From contig CALQZQ010000004.1 of the NCBI GenBank assembly GCA_943349825.1, forward strand, positions 51,866-115,865: a DNA stretch of 64,000 nt, read 5' to 3'. The translations under genes and the position numbers were made by a program. The notes under the pieces were generated by a model that was not told the DNA's origin, did no database searches, and saw nothing but the letters and a program-made list of their open reading frames with translations. Below, piece after piece: positions 37,855-47,854 of this stretch (positions within the stretch are counted from its first letter, which is position 1; every line of letters begins with the position of its first letter). Source of the stretch: Candidatus Peribacteria bacterium (GTDB taxonomy: Bacteria > Patescibacteriota > Gracilibacteria > UBA1369 > 2-02-FULL-48-14).

Positions 37855-39105
37855 TACTGCTTTGACCTTTCTAAGGCCCACCCAGGCCATCGCCGCTTCG
37901 GCGGCGATGGCTGAGCTGATGATGATTACGATTTTGAGGTCTGAGGAAAAAGGCAAAAAGCTCAGTGCTCCTATGCCCAGCCCAATAGCCAGTGCCAGTA
38001 GTTCCCGTTTCAGCCACCAGCGCTCTTTGCCGAGTGCGAAAAGGGTGATGAAGCTGAGGTCGTAAAAATAGGAGACCGCTGCCAGAATGAGCAGCAAAGG
38101 TAAAATGAACCAGAGCCCTGGGGCTAAGAAATCGTGGCTGCTGACGAGGGAGAGAGCCCAAGGCCCGAGGGCACTGCCGAAGACCACGACGCTCAGTGCC
38201 AGCCACAGCAATCCTTTTCGAGCTTTTTTGTAGAGCTCTTGGGCGGTGTGCAGGTGACCTTCTTTTAAGGCGTGTTTAAGCGCGGGCAAAATGGAGAACA
38301 TCAGGAATGTGGAGAACAAACTCAGAGTGGCGCTGAGGTGCAGACTCAAAGAGTAAGTGGAATAGTCGCTGTTGCTCAGCACATTCACAATGAGGGCGCT
38401 CGGGAGAAAACGATAGTAGATGTTGTTCAGCACGTTGATGATGCCGAAGGGCAGGGAAGTCCAGAGCAGCTCTTTTTGAATGGCGCTGTTCCAGTGGCTC
38501 ACGATTTTCATGGAGCCTCGCACAAAACCTAAACTGATTCCTGCCGTGACAATGGAACCCAGCAGTGGACCGAGGAGATAGAGCGCAAGATTGTGTTGCT
38601 CTGTGTAAAAAAGTGCGGCGGTGGTGAGCAGGTTCACGGCGCGCCCCGCGAACAAGGCGAGGGTGGCTCTTCCCATTTTGTATTGCGCTTGCAGGGTTCC
38701 GTCGCAAACGGAAGTGATGTAATCCAGGAGCAAGCTGCTCATGAAGAGAAGCGTGCCCACGAAGAATAGAGGGTCCTCGATTTGCACCACGGCGTAGAAG
38801 AGGCCCATTCCAAAAAAGAAGAGAGCGGTCCAGAGCCGTAGCAGCAGCGCGTTCCAAAAAATGTGAGAGTCATTGGGTTTGTCGGCCATTTTGCGCACCA
38901 TGTTTCCGAAGATTCCCAGGTTGCCCGCGGTGGAAAAGAAGAGTGAGAACTCGGTGATTTTTCCGTAGACCCCGTAGTTCTCCGCCCCGAGTGCCTCGGT
39001 GAGCAACTTCACGGTAAAAAAGCCCAAGCCGATTTGGGCGACCTTGCCCAAAATTTGGACAAAAGTGGACCAAGCGATTTCCCGCCTTAGGAGTTTTGCG
39101 ATCAT
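37843..39105 (-). CDS. oligosaccharide flippase (Wzx/MOP family)
   Basis: LGAENYGVYG, about 12 TM segments, SLPFGI. Confidence 0.8.
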   Translation of the reverse strand: MIAKLLRREIAWSTFVQILGKVAQIGLGFFTVKLLTEALGAENYGVYGKITEFSLFFSTAGNLGIFGNMVRKMADKPNDSHIFWNALLLRLWTALFFFGMGLFYAVVQIEDPLFFVGTLLFMSSLLLDYITSVCDGTLQAQYKMGRATLALFAGRAVNLLTTAALFYTEQHNLALYLLGPLLGSIVTAGISLGFVRGSMKIVSHWNSAIQKELLWTSLPFGIINVLNNIYYRFLPSALIVNVLSNSDYSTYSLSLHLSATLSLFSTFLMFSILPALKHALKEGHLHTAQELYKKARKGLLWLALSVVVFGSALGPWALSLVSSHDFLAPGLWFILPLLLILAAVSYFYDLSFITLFALGKERWWLKRELLALAIGLGIGALSFLPFSSDLKIVIIISSAIAAEAAMAWVGLRKVKAVLRP

Positions 39106-39881
39106 GGCTCGATGGGAAGGACTTCAAGAATCAGTTTGGCTCCTGCATTGATGTCCGCTGGATCCCAGTCGTGCAGAGCGTTTTCTATCATGGCCCACGT
39201 GTATACGTAGTCGGCGCCATTGCGGGTGCCCACATCGTTGGTCACGATCTGTTGTTTGGCGGCATCATACCCTTTGATCACAAGCATATGGTAGGTGGGG
39301 CCGCCGTTGGTGAAGTTGGGGTTGTAGAGCTGCTTCCCGGCAAAACCTCCGATGATCAAGTGCCCTTGGGCGAGAATGTTTTGAATGTCTTCGAAGGTGG
39401 GGTTTTCGTGCACGATGCTTTCGAGACCGTAGTTGGCCTTCATGAACTCGGCGGTTTCGGCCACGGTGGTGTCGTGGTAGTCCATGTCGTTTTTGCCTTG
39501 CCAGTCTACGAGGGCGAGTAACTCTGCGTTGAATTCGTCACGGGTCCAGTTTTTGTTGAGGTAAACATTGGCCACCAGGGCCACACTGGCTTCTTCACAG
39601 GCGTCTTGCCAGGGGTAATCCCAGTTGCCGGTGGGGGCTTGGGTGTAAAAAGGAACCTCGATGTTGAGTTGCTCGGGCAGGGCTCCGCTGTCCGTGACAG
39701 GGGTAGGAATGGGGTCGTTTGCGTCTGCGACATCGGTGATGGGAGTGCTCACGGGCGCCTCGGGGCCTTCTAGCTTAGAACTCTGCCATTGGTCGTAGCT
39801 CAAAAAGCCCCCAAAACCGAGCGCTACTATGAGCAAAACTCCCCAGAATACTCTGCCAAAGGAAGCTCTTGCTTTATTCAT
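39102..39881 (-). CDS. C39-like cysteine peptidase with N-terminal TM
   Basis: VPFYTQAP, QDACEEAS, YHMLVIKGYD, TNDVGT (Cys-His-Asp). Confidence 0.85.
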   Translation of the reverse strand: MNKARASFGRVFWGVLLIVALGFGGFLSYDQWQSSKLEGPEAPVSTPITDVADANDPIPTPVTDSGALPEQLNIEVPFYTQAPTGNWDYPWQDACEEASVALVANVYLNKNWTRDEFNAELLALVDWQGKNDMDYHDTTVAETAEFMKANYGLESIVHENPTFEDIQNILAQGHLIIGGFAGKQLYNPNFTNGGPTYHMLVIKGYDAAKQQIVTNDVGTRNGADYVYTWAMIENALHDWDPADINAGAKLILEVLPIEP

Positions 39882-39928
39882 AAAATATGTTATTATTTCT
39901 AGCGCTAATCTTATTCTACTCCTTTTTT

Positions 39929-40996
39929 ATGACAGAAGGTAGAAAACTTGAAGACCTCGCTCGAGACGATGAGTTTCTAAGAATGGTGGTGGACCGTTGT
40001 CTCACACTTCATGAACGTGATCGTCGTGGTGGGGAAGAAGTGGACCATTTCCGTAATGTACTGTCTTTAGCGGTTCATGAATCTCTGCGTCAACGGGGGG
40101 TGGAACCGCGTCCCTACGTCGGTTTGCTCCGCCAATTTGTGACCGACCTCTATGTCCCTACTCAAATTACTACTGCTGCAGGTGTGGATGAAGACAGTGA
40201 ACCGACTCGTCTTTTGAAATTCCTCGCTCCTACGCCTCATTCCCGGGAAGATATGATGTTGAATGTGTTCCCCTCTTTGAGGAGAAGTGTGGAGGTTCAA
40301 AGAATTCCGTACTTAGATCGTTTGATTATAGTATTTAATTTGAAGCTCTTGGCGGGTGGCTTGGATATGCGTGAACAAATACTGCTTGGTCAGAAAGACG
40401 CTTCGGTTGATCCGCTCACTCAATTGCTCAATCGACGTGGGATGGAAGCTTATCTTGCCGATCTATTGCGTGAAGATCCTAAGGCTTCGGGAGCCCTGCT
40501 TATGGTGGATGCAGATCACTTTAAGAGTGTGAATGATGAGCGAGGGCATGACGTTGGGGACCAGGCGCTCCGTTATTTAGCGAGTACGATTTCCGAGACG
40601 GTACGTATAGATCCTGATGCGGTGGTGAGAGTCCAGGAAGAGTTGAAGCCGGAAGCGCTTCCGACTGCGGTACGATGGGGTGGGGAAGAAATGGCGGTTT
40701 TTTTGCCTGCCATTGACACTTTAGAGGGGGCACATCGTATTGGAGAGCGTGCGAGACGTGCCGTTGAAAGTGGTGCGGAAGAACATTTAGGTTTTCCTCT
40801 CACGGTGACCATTGGAATCACTACAGGGCCTTTCTCAGAAGCTGAAAACATGATGAGAACTGCTGATGGGCTACTTTATGAAGGTAAAGCAGCGGGAAGA
40901 AACAGAGTTGTTTCAGGACCCTTTAACCCTCAGGGTGTTCCTGGTCGTGAGGTGAGAAGCCATCCGACGGTAGTACCGCGGTCGCGTAAAGAGTAG
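39929..40996 (+). CDS. GGDEF-domain diguanylate cyclase
   Basis: DPLTQLLNRR, DADHFKSVND..GHDVGD, RWGGEEM, ADGLLYEGKAAGRN. Confidence 0.88.
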   Translation: MTEGRKLEDLARDDEFLRMVVDRCLTLHERDRRGGEEVDHFRNVLSLAVHESLRQRGVEPRPYVGLLRQFVTDLYVPTQITTAAGVDEDSEPTRLLKFLAPTPHSREDMMLNVFPSLRRSVEVQRIPYLDRLIIVFNLKLLAGGLDMREQILLGQKDASVDPLTQLLNRRGMEAYLADLLREDPKASGALLMVDADHFKSVNDERGHDVGDQALRYLASTISETVRIDPDAVVRVQEELKPEALPTAVRWGGEEMAVFLPAIDTLEGAHRIGERARRAVESGAEEHLGFPLTVTIGITTGPFSEAENMMRTADGLLYEGKAAGRNRVVSGPFNPQGVPGREVRSHPTVVPRSRKE

Positions 40997-41056
40997 GTGG
41001 CGTCTTTACAGGTTCGCTGCCTTTGCTTAGAATAGCCGAGATCAAGCTGTTTTCTT

Positions 41057-42112
41057 ATGCCTAAGCTCAAAAAACCACGACTTCGGAATGTGCTCAATAA
41101 AGTGACCTGTCTCCGTGCTTTGGCGGCCGAGCCGTTCAAACGGGTGACTTTGTCGTTTTACAGGTATGTGAAGATTGAAAATCCGGCAGATTTTAGAGAT
41201 CAGCTGTATGCAGAATGGGACAAACTTGGGGTTTTTGGCCGAGTTTACTTGGCTCGAGAGGGAATCAACGCGCAAATCAGCGTGCCAGAGCCCCAATTCG
41301 AGGCTTTTAAAGCCGCTTTGGAGGGCCATGCGGAGCTCGCCGCTATGTATTTGAACATTGCCTTGGAACAGGCAGAGTCTTTCTATAAGCTCACCATCAA
41401 GGTGCGAAAACAGATTGTGGGCGATGGTCTGCCGGAGGACAGCTACGATTTGTCCCAAGTAGGGAATCATCTGAACGCCGAAGAATTCAATACGGCTATG
41501 GAAAGTGAAGATGCCTTGGTGGTGGACATGCGCAATTTCTACGAAAGCCGCATCGGACATTTTGAAGGAGCGGTGTGTCCGGACAGCAACACTTTTAAAG
41601 AGGAACTTCAGATGGTGACCGAGCAGTTGAAGGATCAAAAAGACAAAAAAGTCTTGCTCTATTGTACGGGTGGGATTCGCTGTGAAAAGGCGAGCGCTTA
41701 TTTTAAACACGAAGGTTTTAAGGATGTGAATCAGCTGCAGGGAGGCATCATTTCTTATGTGCAGGAAGTGCGCCAGAAGCAGTTGGAGAGCAAATTCAAG
41801 GGCAGCAACTACGTTTTTGATGAGCGCATCAGCGAACGCGTAACAGAAGATGTGCTTTCTGAGTGCGACCAGTGTGGCGCCGCTTGGGACGGCTATACCA
41901 ACTGTGCGAATGCCACCTGCAATCTTTTGTTTTTGCAGTGCGCGGCTTGTGCGGAGAAATGGAATGGTGCTTGCACGCCGGAATGCCAAGCGGTGGTCTT
42001 GTTGCCGGAAGCAGAGCGCCGCGCGTATTACGCCAAGCAGCCACCCTGCACTCAGGAAATTTATCTATCTAGGATTAGGCCGAAGGCGAAGATAGGCAAA
42101 GAGCTCCGCTAA
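41057..42112 (+). CDS. trhO: rhodanese-related tRNA uridine(34) hydroxylase (YceA family)
   Basis: EGINAQ, KLTIKVRKQIV, DMRNFYE..GHFEGA, YCTGGIRCEKAS, NYVFDER. Confidence 0.92.
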   Translation: MPKLKKPRLRNVLNKVTCLRALAAEPFKRVTLSFYRYVKIENPADFRDQLYAEWDKLGVFGRVYLAREGINAQISVPEPQFEAFKAALEGHAELAAMYLNIALEQAESFYKLTIKVRKQIVGDGLPEDSYDLSQVGNHLNAEEFNTAMESEDALVVDMRNFYESRIGHFEGAVCPDSNTFKEELQMVTEQLKDQKDKKVLLYCTGGIRCEKASAYFKHEGFKDVNQLQGGIISYVQEVRQKQLESKFKGSNYVFDERISERVTEDVLSECDQCGAAWDGYTNCANATCNLLFLQCAACAEKWNGACTPECQAVVLLPEAERRAYYAKQPPCTQEIYLSRIRPKAKIGKELR

Positions 42113-42117
42113 ATTAT

Positions 42118-42420
42118 TTGAGTGATCTCGCCCGTAATGTTAGTAAACATCCATCGGGTTGGCTTCGACCTAGAGTTGTTTTGGGGCGTTTTGTGCCTGG
42201 TGAAATTGGTGAGCTTCAAGGCCTTTTCTTCAATGAATTGCGTGTACAAGGATTCAAGCGAACTCCTTGGCAATTGGTTTTTCCTGGTCAGACGGCGGGT
42301 CTTATTAAACCGCTTTCACCACCTGCAGATGGTGTCAGTGAATATCATGTGCGCGCGCACAGAATTTTACAGGCTCGTCCTAAGCTGAAATGTACAGTTG
42401 AATGTAGAGTTTGGTCTTAA
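42118..42420 (+). pseudogene. probable gene fragment interrupted by the 59-bp site
   Basis: Protein-like up to EYHVR, then runs into the repeat at 42348. Confidence 0.4.
42348..42406. repeat. 59-bp conserved site, copy 2 (inverted relative to 384-442)
   Basis: TGTGCGCGCGCACAGAATTTTACAGG-N12-TGAAATGTACAGTTGAATGTA. Confidence 0.75.
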
Positions 42421-42455
42421 GCATTGATGCAAATTACTTGCAATAGAAGCATCTA

Positions 42456-42489
42456 AGTCAGATTTTTGTCAGGACTTTTTTGTTATGAT
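42456..42489 (+). promoter_or_regulatory. AGTCA-N6-TGTCA direct repeat plus -10 TATGAT
   Basis: Same spacing as 23960-23993. Confidence 0.6.
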
Positions 42490-42495
42490 TGAGAC

Positions 42496-42623
42496 GTTCA
42501 CTTTGGGCCCAGACTCGGTGTCCTCAACAGAGTTGTCATCTTGTTGGGTCGGGTTCAAATCCCGATGGGTCCACCGCTGAACAAGCGACAGCAAAAAGCC
42601 CTTTCCGTACGGAAGGGCTTTTT
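42496..42623 (+). ncRNA. tRNA-like small RNA, copy 2 (intact cloverleaf-like core 42505-42573)
   Basis: Acceptor GGGCCCA/TGGGTCC+A; T-arm TCGGG-TTCAAAT-CCCGA; terminator at 42593-42623. Confidence 0.7.
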
Positions 42624-42682
42624 GATCTCAACAGAGTTGTCTTTATTATTCTATTCCTAAGGCTACTCTTTTGCAATAATGC

Positions 42683-45325
42683 TTAGTTGAAGTACTGATC
42701 GTAAGCGAGGTCCAGAATCTTGGCGGCTTCACCACGAGTGATGGAGTTGTAAGGACCGAAGCTGCCGTCGCTGTAACCGTCCACGAGGTTGTCTTCGTCG
42801 GCGATCACCACTACTTCAGCGAACCAGTCGTTCACGTCTACATCCCAGAAGTCGATGTCGCTTTCATCGAAGCTGAAGTCGTCTTGTTCAGCCACGTTCA
42901 TCAGGATTTCTAGGAATTCTGCACGAGTGATGGCTTGGTCGGGTTTGAAGTTGCCACTGCTGTATCCGTCCACGTAACCCATGGCTGTAGCGTAGGTCAC
43001 ATAGGAGTAGTACCAGCTGCTGGAGGACACGTCGCCGTAGTGTACGGAAGACACGGAGTAGGGATCGAGTTCGGCATTGAGCAGAATCATCTTCAGGGCT
43101 TCAGCACGAGTGGTGGTGGAATCGGGATACATGCGCGTGTCGCTGCGTCCGTCCACTACTCCACGATCGTAGAGGTTACAGAAGTAAGGTTCGGACCATT
43201 CACCATCGAGGTCAGTGAAGTCTCCGCAAGAATCGCTGCCGCCGTTGGTGTCGATGCTATCTTCGTCCACGGTCATACAGTTGTTGCTTTCGCTGTCTTC
43301 ATCCACGTCGTCGTCGGTATCCACACAAACTTCTACTTCGTAAGTGCTGCCTTCATTTTCCAGAATGTCTCCGGCGCTGTAAGTGTCTTCTTCTCCTTCA
43401 TCCAAGAAGTTGGTGCTGGATGAACTTTGGGTCACGCTCTTGGTGTATTCCGCGTCGCCGTCCACGTAAACGGTGATGCTTACGGTTTCGCCGTTGTCCA
43501 CGTCGTCGTCTCCTACGTTGGCCACGGTGAAGTTGAGTTCATCGTCGCTGTCCAGGTAGATGTCGGTCACGTCGAGATCGGCATCACCGTTGGATGAAGA
43601 GCCATTGAATTCCAAGTCTTCTGTACGGCAATTGTTGCTTTCGCTGTCTTCATCAATGTCGTCGTAGTAATCGGAACAGATTTCGATTTCGTAGGTTTCA
43701 CCGTCGTCCCAAATGTTGTCGTTCTGGAAAGAGAAGGTGTTGGTTTCGTCTTCTTCAAAGTAACCCTCGGAGTAGCTGCTGAGGAATTCTCGGTCGCCAT
43801 CCACGTACACTGCAATGGCTACGGAATCGTCGGCGTCATCACCACCCTCGTTGCTCACTTCGGCGTAAAGATAATCTCCGCTGAAGTAAAGATCGTTCAC
43901 GGTGAGATCCGCATCGTCGGAAGAAGAACCGCCCATGGTGAGAGTTTCGGTGCGACAGTTGTCGCTCTCGTCGTCTTCATCCACGTTGTCAGTGGCATCG
44001 ATGCAGACTTCAATGGAGTGACTATCGTCCCCTGTGAGTTCATCGGCGAGGAAAGCGAAAGAGGTGCTTTCACCGGAGCCGAAGTAGTTGTAACCGATGG
44101 TTCCGGAGTATTCACGACTGCCGTCCACATAGACATACACGTAAACGGTGTCTGAGCTGGAGACGTCGTCGTCGCCTTCGTTGCTGATGTCAGCCCATAC
44201 GGCGTCGTTTTCGTAGTAGAGGTCGTCCACGGTGAGATCAGGGTCGTTGTTGCTGGAGCCTGTGCTGGTCATGCTCACGTAGGCTGTTTGTTGAGCGGTG
44301 CTGTCGGAAGTACGGTTGGCAATGGACACAGAATTGGTGCTGTAACCACTTGCAGAGACGGTAGCAGTGCTGCCGTCTTGAGAGGTAGGAACAGGGCAGT
44401 AAGCCACTCCACTAGAGATTGTACAGGTGGTGTTGCTGGTTCCTGCGTAGGCAGAACTGATGGTCACGTTGTTTCCTGTGCTGGAATCCTCCGCAAAAAT
44501 ACGGTGAGTGTAGTCCAGGTTTAAGTCTAGAATGTTTTGGGTGTGGTCCAGGGAGATACTGCTGGATTCTTGAACGTAACCTGTGACAGTAGCGGTGTAT
44601 TGGTAAACGGCTCCACCTGCAGGAGAGAAGAAACCGTAGTATTCGGTTCCGTTGCCTGCATTTTTGCTCACATAAACTTGAGCGTCAGCGCTACTGGAGG
44701 TGAAGCTATAGCTGGAGCTGTAGCTGCTGGGAGTATTTCCAAATTGATCTTCGATGGTCACCTTCATGTTGTAGTTGATGATACCGATTTGAGAAAACGT
44801 AGGGCTGCTGGAGTAGGTACTGCCAATAGAAAGTTTCACAAAGAAGTAAGAACCGCTGTATTGGTAGGCGTTTCCGTCTTCATCGGTGGTCATTAAAATA
44901 TTGGTTTTTTCCCAACCGGAAGGGCGAGTCCATTCCACTTGGAAGGTTCCATCGGTATTGTCGGAGATGCTGCCGGAGTTGTTGTTCACGAGCGTTGCCC
45001 AGGATCCACCGTCCCAGTATTCCACGGAGTAGCTTCCTCCAGTGGCTGAATTGTAGACATCTGCGGAAATTCCGTCGAACTTGTTGCTGTATCCAAGGTA
45101 AAGTTCGCTGCCGGCCCCTTTATAAAGGGTCACGTCGTTGGAAGAACCGTTGGATGCTGCTGTGGTTTTTTCGGTGAGTACTCCACCCGCATTTTGGATG
45201 ACGGAATCGACATAATCGTTGGAGTTGTCTGCGCCTGAATAAGTGACCGCTGCTGAGGCAAACTGGCCGGGGAGTAATCCTGAGAACAAGACTACGAGGC
45301 TGAGGAGGGTGAAAAATCTTTTCAT
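42683..45325 (-). CDS. S-layer homology protein with three CARDB-like domains
   Basis: Signal peptide; DLTVDDL..N.G..IEVC.D..VDE..ESNNC x3; C-terminal SLH (ITRAEF, ITRGEA). Confidence 0.88.
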   Translation of the reverse strand: MKRFFTLLSLVVLFSGLLPGQFASAAVTYSGADNSNDYVDSVIQNAGGVLTEKTTAASNGSSNDVTLYKGAGSELYLGYSNKFDGISADVYNSATGGSYSVEYWDGGSWATLVNNNSGSISDNTDGTFQVEWTRPSGWEKTNILMTTDEDGNAYQYSGSYFFVKLSIGSTYSSSPTFSQIGIINYNMKVTIEDQFGNTPSSYSSSYSFTSSSADAQVYVSKNAGNGTEYYGFFSPAGGAVYQYTATVTGYVQESSSISLDHTQNILDLNLDYTHRIFAEDSSTGNNVTISSAYAGTSNTTCTISSGVAYCPVPTSQDGSTATVSASGYSTNSVSIANRTSDSTAQQTAYVSMTSTGSSNNDPDLTVDDLYYENDAVWADISNEGDDDVSSSDTVYVYVYVDGSREYSGTIGYNYFGSGESTSFAFLADELTGDDSHSIEVCIDATDNVDEDDESDNCRTETLTMGGSSSDDADLTVNDLYFSGDYLYAEVSNEGGDDADDSVAIAVYVDGDREFLSSYSEGYFEEDETNTFSFQNDNIWDDGETYEIEICSDYYDDIDEDSESNNCRTEDLEFNGSSSNGDADLDVTDIYLDSDDELNFTVANVGDDDVDNGETVSITVYVDGDAEYTKSVTQSSSSTNFLDEGEEDTYSAGDILENEGSTYEVEVCVDTDDDVDEDSESNNCMTVDEDSIDTNGGSDSCGDFTDLDGEWSEPYFCNLYDRGVVDGRSDTRMYPDSTTTRAEALKMILLNAELDPYSVSSVHYGDVSSSSWYYSYVTYATAMGYVDGYSSGNFKPDQAITRAEFLEILMNVAEQDDFSFDESDIDFWDVDVNDWFAEVVVIADEDNLVDGYSDGSFGPYNSITRGEAAKILDLAYDQYFN

Positions 45326-45386
45326 CTTTTCAGGTTTAAAAGTGAAATAAGGGTGTAATTATAATACAGTTCCAGAAAAAAGCAAG

Positions 45387-46517
45387 TTAATTCTTTTTAG
45401 AGCTGCTTTTGGTGGCGTGGCCCAGACTGGCTAGCAGGGTGGTAAGAGGTACGGCCAGAATCAGTCCGATGCTCCCTACTAGAGTTTGAACCACTTCTTC
45501 GGCCACGAACTCGTAGTTGATGACTTCACTAAAAGGGTGAGCATTGCTGATGAAGAGCATGAGCAGAGGGAGAGAGGCGCCGGCATAGATGAGGATGAGG
45601 GTGTTCACCATGGAGGCGATGTGATCTTTTCCGACAGCCATGGTTTTTGAGAAGAGTTCTGGGAATCGTATGTTCGGTTTGGTGGCTTTCAATTGGTCGG
45701 CGACAGAGGCTTGAGAAATGGTGATGTCGTCCAGGATACCGAGCATACTGATCATGATTCCGGCGAGCAGCAATCCTTGAAAGTGGAGAGTGGTTCCCGT
45801 GTCTGACTTTAAATAGAGAGCGGCATCGTCGGTGAGCCCGGAAAGGTGACTCCAGGTGAGAAAGATTTTTGCGAGTATGCCGGTGAGGACCAGAGTGAGG
45901 ATGGTTCCGCAGATGGCGAGATTGGTTTTTTTACTGATTCCGTGGGAGAGATAAAAGGTGATGGGGATGATGAAGAGCGCCCCGGAGATGGCAGTGAGTA
46001 CGGGGTCGTAGCCGGCCAAGAGCAAAGGAAGTATCCATTTAAAAATCACTAAGAATGAGAAGATCATTCCGACCAGCGATTCAAAGCCTTGTTGTTGACT
46101 CACGAGGATGACTACTAATAGAAAGAGCCCGAAGAGCCAGTACAGAACGGGGCGGCGTACGTAGTCGGACATGGAGTAGTTGCTTTCGCCGGTGCTGGGG
46201 TCTGTGCTTTTTTGAATAACCACTTCATCTCCTTCCTTATACAGTTGTGCGTCCAGCGTTTGTAAATCGCTGTTGTGGACCTCCAGGCTTTGTCCTGAGA
46301 TGGATCCTTTTTGAACTTCGACAGTGAGCGTTTGATTCACTTCTGTGGCGCCGGTTTCATCGGTACTGCTTTCATTTTGAGCCTGACTCACGGTGCCTTC
46401 GAGTACTTCTTCGTAAGCACTGCTGCCGATGAGTCCCGGCATGGGAATTTCCAAAAAATAAAAAAAGACCGAAAGCAGTAGTAATGCCAGTGTTAGAAAA
46501 ATTTTTGTAGATTTCAT
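45387..46517 (-). CDS. YibE/F family membrane protein
   Basis: DYVRRP, GILDDITISQAS, GKDHIASMVNTLILIYAGASLP, GSIGLILAVPLTT. Confidence 0.9.
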   Translation of the reverse strand: MKSTKIFLTLALLLLSVFFYFLEIPMPGLIGSSAYEEVLEGTVSQAQNESSTDETGATEVNQTLTVEVQKGSISGQSLEVHNSDLQTLDAQLYKEGDEVVIQKSTDPSTGESNYSMSDYVRRPVLYWLFGLFLLVVILVSQQQGFESLVGMIFSFLVIFKWILPLLLAGYDPVLTAISGALFIIPITFYLSHGISKKTNLAICGTILTLVLTGILAKIFLTWSHLSGLTDDAALYLKSDTGTTLHFQGLLLAGIMISMLGILDDITISQASVADQLKATKPNIRFPELFSKTMAVGKDHIASMVNTLILIYAGASLPLLMLFISNAHPFSEVINYEFVAEEVVQTLVGSIGLILAVPLTTLLASLGHATKSSSKKN

Positions 46518-46525
46518 GCGAAGGT

Positions 46526-47719
46526 TTATTTTCGAACGAGAGCAATGAAACTTTTGAGATAACGGGCTTCGGGGAAAGTGAGGGAGTCGGGATGGTCCGG
46601 ACTTTGGCGTACGGATTCGAGGATGTGGAGTTTGACTCCGGCTTGTACTGCGGCGCGGCGCAGAATGAAAACAAAATCGTCTTCTGGAAGAAAGTGCGAG
46701 CAACTCGACGTTACTAAAATACCCTTGTCTGGCAATGCACGCAAAGCCGCGCGGTTCAAAAAGTGATAGGCTTTTTTTCCGGATTCAGCGTCCTTGCTCG
46801 ATTTGATGAGTGCGGGAGGGTCGAGCAAGATCATGTCGAAGCGACCTTCTTCCATGCTTCCTACAAAATTGAAGGCATCTTCGTCGATGGTTTCGATGGA
46901 TTTTTTCTTTTTTGGAAAGTTGAGTGCGACGTGTGCTTCACACAGTGCGAGTGCGTCTGCGGAACTGTCTAGAAAGCTCACGGACTTCGCGCCACCGCGC
47001 AGCGCGTACACACCGGCGGCGCCGGAATAAGAAAATGTGTCGAGCACTTTTCTTCCGTCTGCAAATTTTTCCATCGCAGCGCGTAAGTTTTTTTGGTCGG
47101 TGAAGAATCCGGTTTTTTGTCCGTTCAAAACATCCGCTGTGAAGGTGAGTCCATTTTCTAAAAATTCAATCGGCTTAGAAATTTTTCCGTCGAGCACGTC
47201 TTTGAATTCCGGAAGATTTTCATCACGGCGCACATGAATGTCACTGCGCTCGACGATGGCTTTGGGTTTAAAAACTTTTTTGAGTGCGGCGAGAATGAGT
47301 GGTTTCATTTCTTCGATTCCTGCTGTGGAAATTTGTAGCACGAGAATATTTTCAAAGCGATCCACCACGAGCCCAGGCACACCGTCGGCTTCGCCAAAAA
47401 GCACTCTGTAACCTGTTGTTTGAGTTTTCGTTCCGTAGCCGAGCAAGGTGCGTTGTTCGTGCGCGGCTGTTATTTTGTTGAGCCACCATGTTTCATCAAT
47501 CACGGCATCACTGAAGTCCAACATGCGCACGGTGATAGTGGAAGATTTTGAAAAAGTTCCTAGGCCTAAAATTTTTCCATCACTGCTTTCTACTCCGACT
47601 AAACTTCCGTGAGGAATGTCGGTGGGCATGCGTTCAATTGCGCCCGAAAAAATCCATGGATGCTGCCAAAAAATGTTTGCGTCGCGATCTTTTTTAATTT
47701 TTATCGTAGAATATTGCAT
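46526..47719 (-). CDS. rlmI: 23S rRNA m5C1962 methyltransferase-like (PUA + SAM)
   Basis: HPWIFSGAI, EADGVPGLVVD, GQKTGFF.DQ, LDPPAL, TSSCS, YLK. Confidence 0.9.
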   Translation of the reverse strand: MQYSTIKIKKDRDANIFWQHPWIFSGAIERMPTDIPHGSLVGVESSDGKILGLGTFSKSSTITVRMLDFSDAVIDETWWLNKITAAHEQRTLLGYGTKTQTTGYRVLFGEADGVPGLVVDRFENILVLQISTAGIEEMKPLILAALKKVFKPKAIVERSDIHVRRDENLPEFKDVLDGKISKPIEFLENGLTFTADVLNGQKTGFFTDQKNLRAAMEKFADGRKVLDTFSYSGAAGVYALRGGAKSVSFLDSSADALALCEAHVALNFPKKKKSIETIDEDAFNFVGSMEEGRFDMILLDPPALIKSSKDAESGKKAYHFLNRAALRALPDKGILVTSSCSHFLPEDDFVFILRRAAVQAGVKLHILESVRQSPDHPDSLTFPEARYLKSFIALVRK

Positions 47720-47854
47720 GAGCGAATGTTAGATTTGCTGTATTCTATAGACAAAATTTCGACTTGAACAGTGGTGAAAAAATATCTCTTGTAATCATTT
47801 TGAAAGAGGAGGAAAATTTTTATAGTTTCTTTTTAATTCTTAACTCCACGCGCC

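Noticed and set aside
41042..41989. 315-aa minus-strand ORF and similar antisense ORFs (28786-29529, 12493-13152, 22819-23460)
   Set aside because: Shadows of well-supported genes on the opposite strand.
384..42406. Inverted 59-bp sites as ends of a 42-kb transposon or invertible segment
   Set aside because: The conserved arms point outward, the interior is housekeeping genes and no recombinase is seen.
42505..42573. Calling the element an ordinary tRNA-Thr(TGT)/Asp(GTC) or tmRNA
   Set aside because: Non-canonical D-arm, bulged long anticodon arm, no variable loop, Ala-type acceptor mismatched with the loop, and no tag-coding domain.
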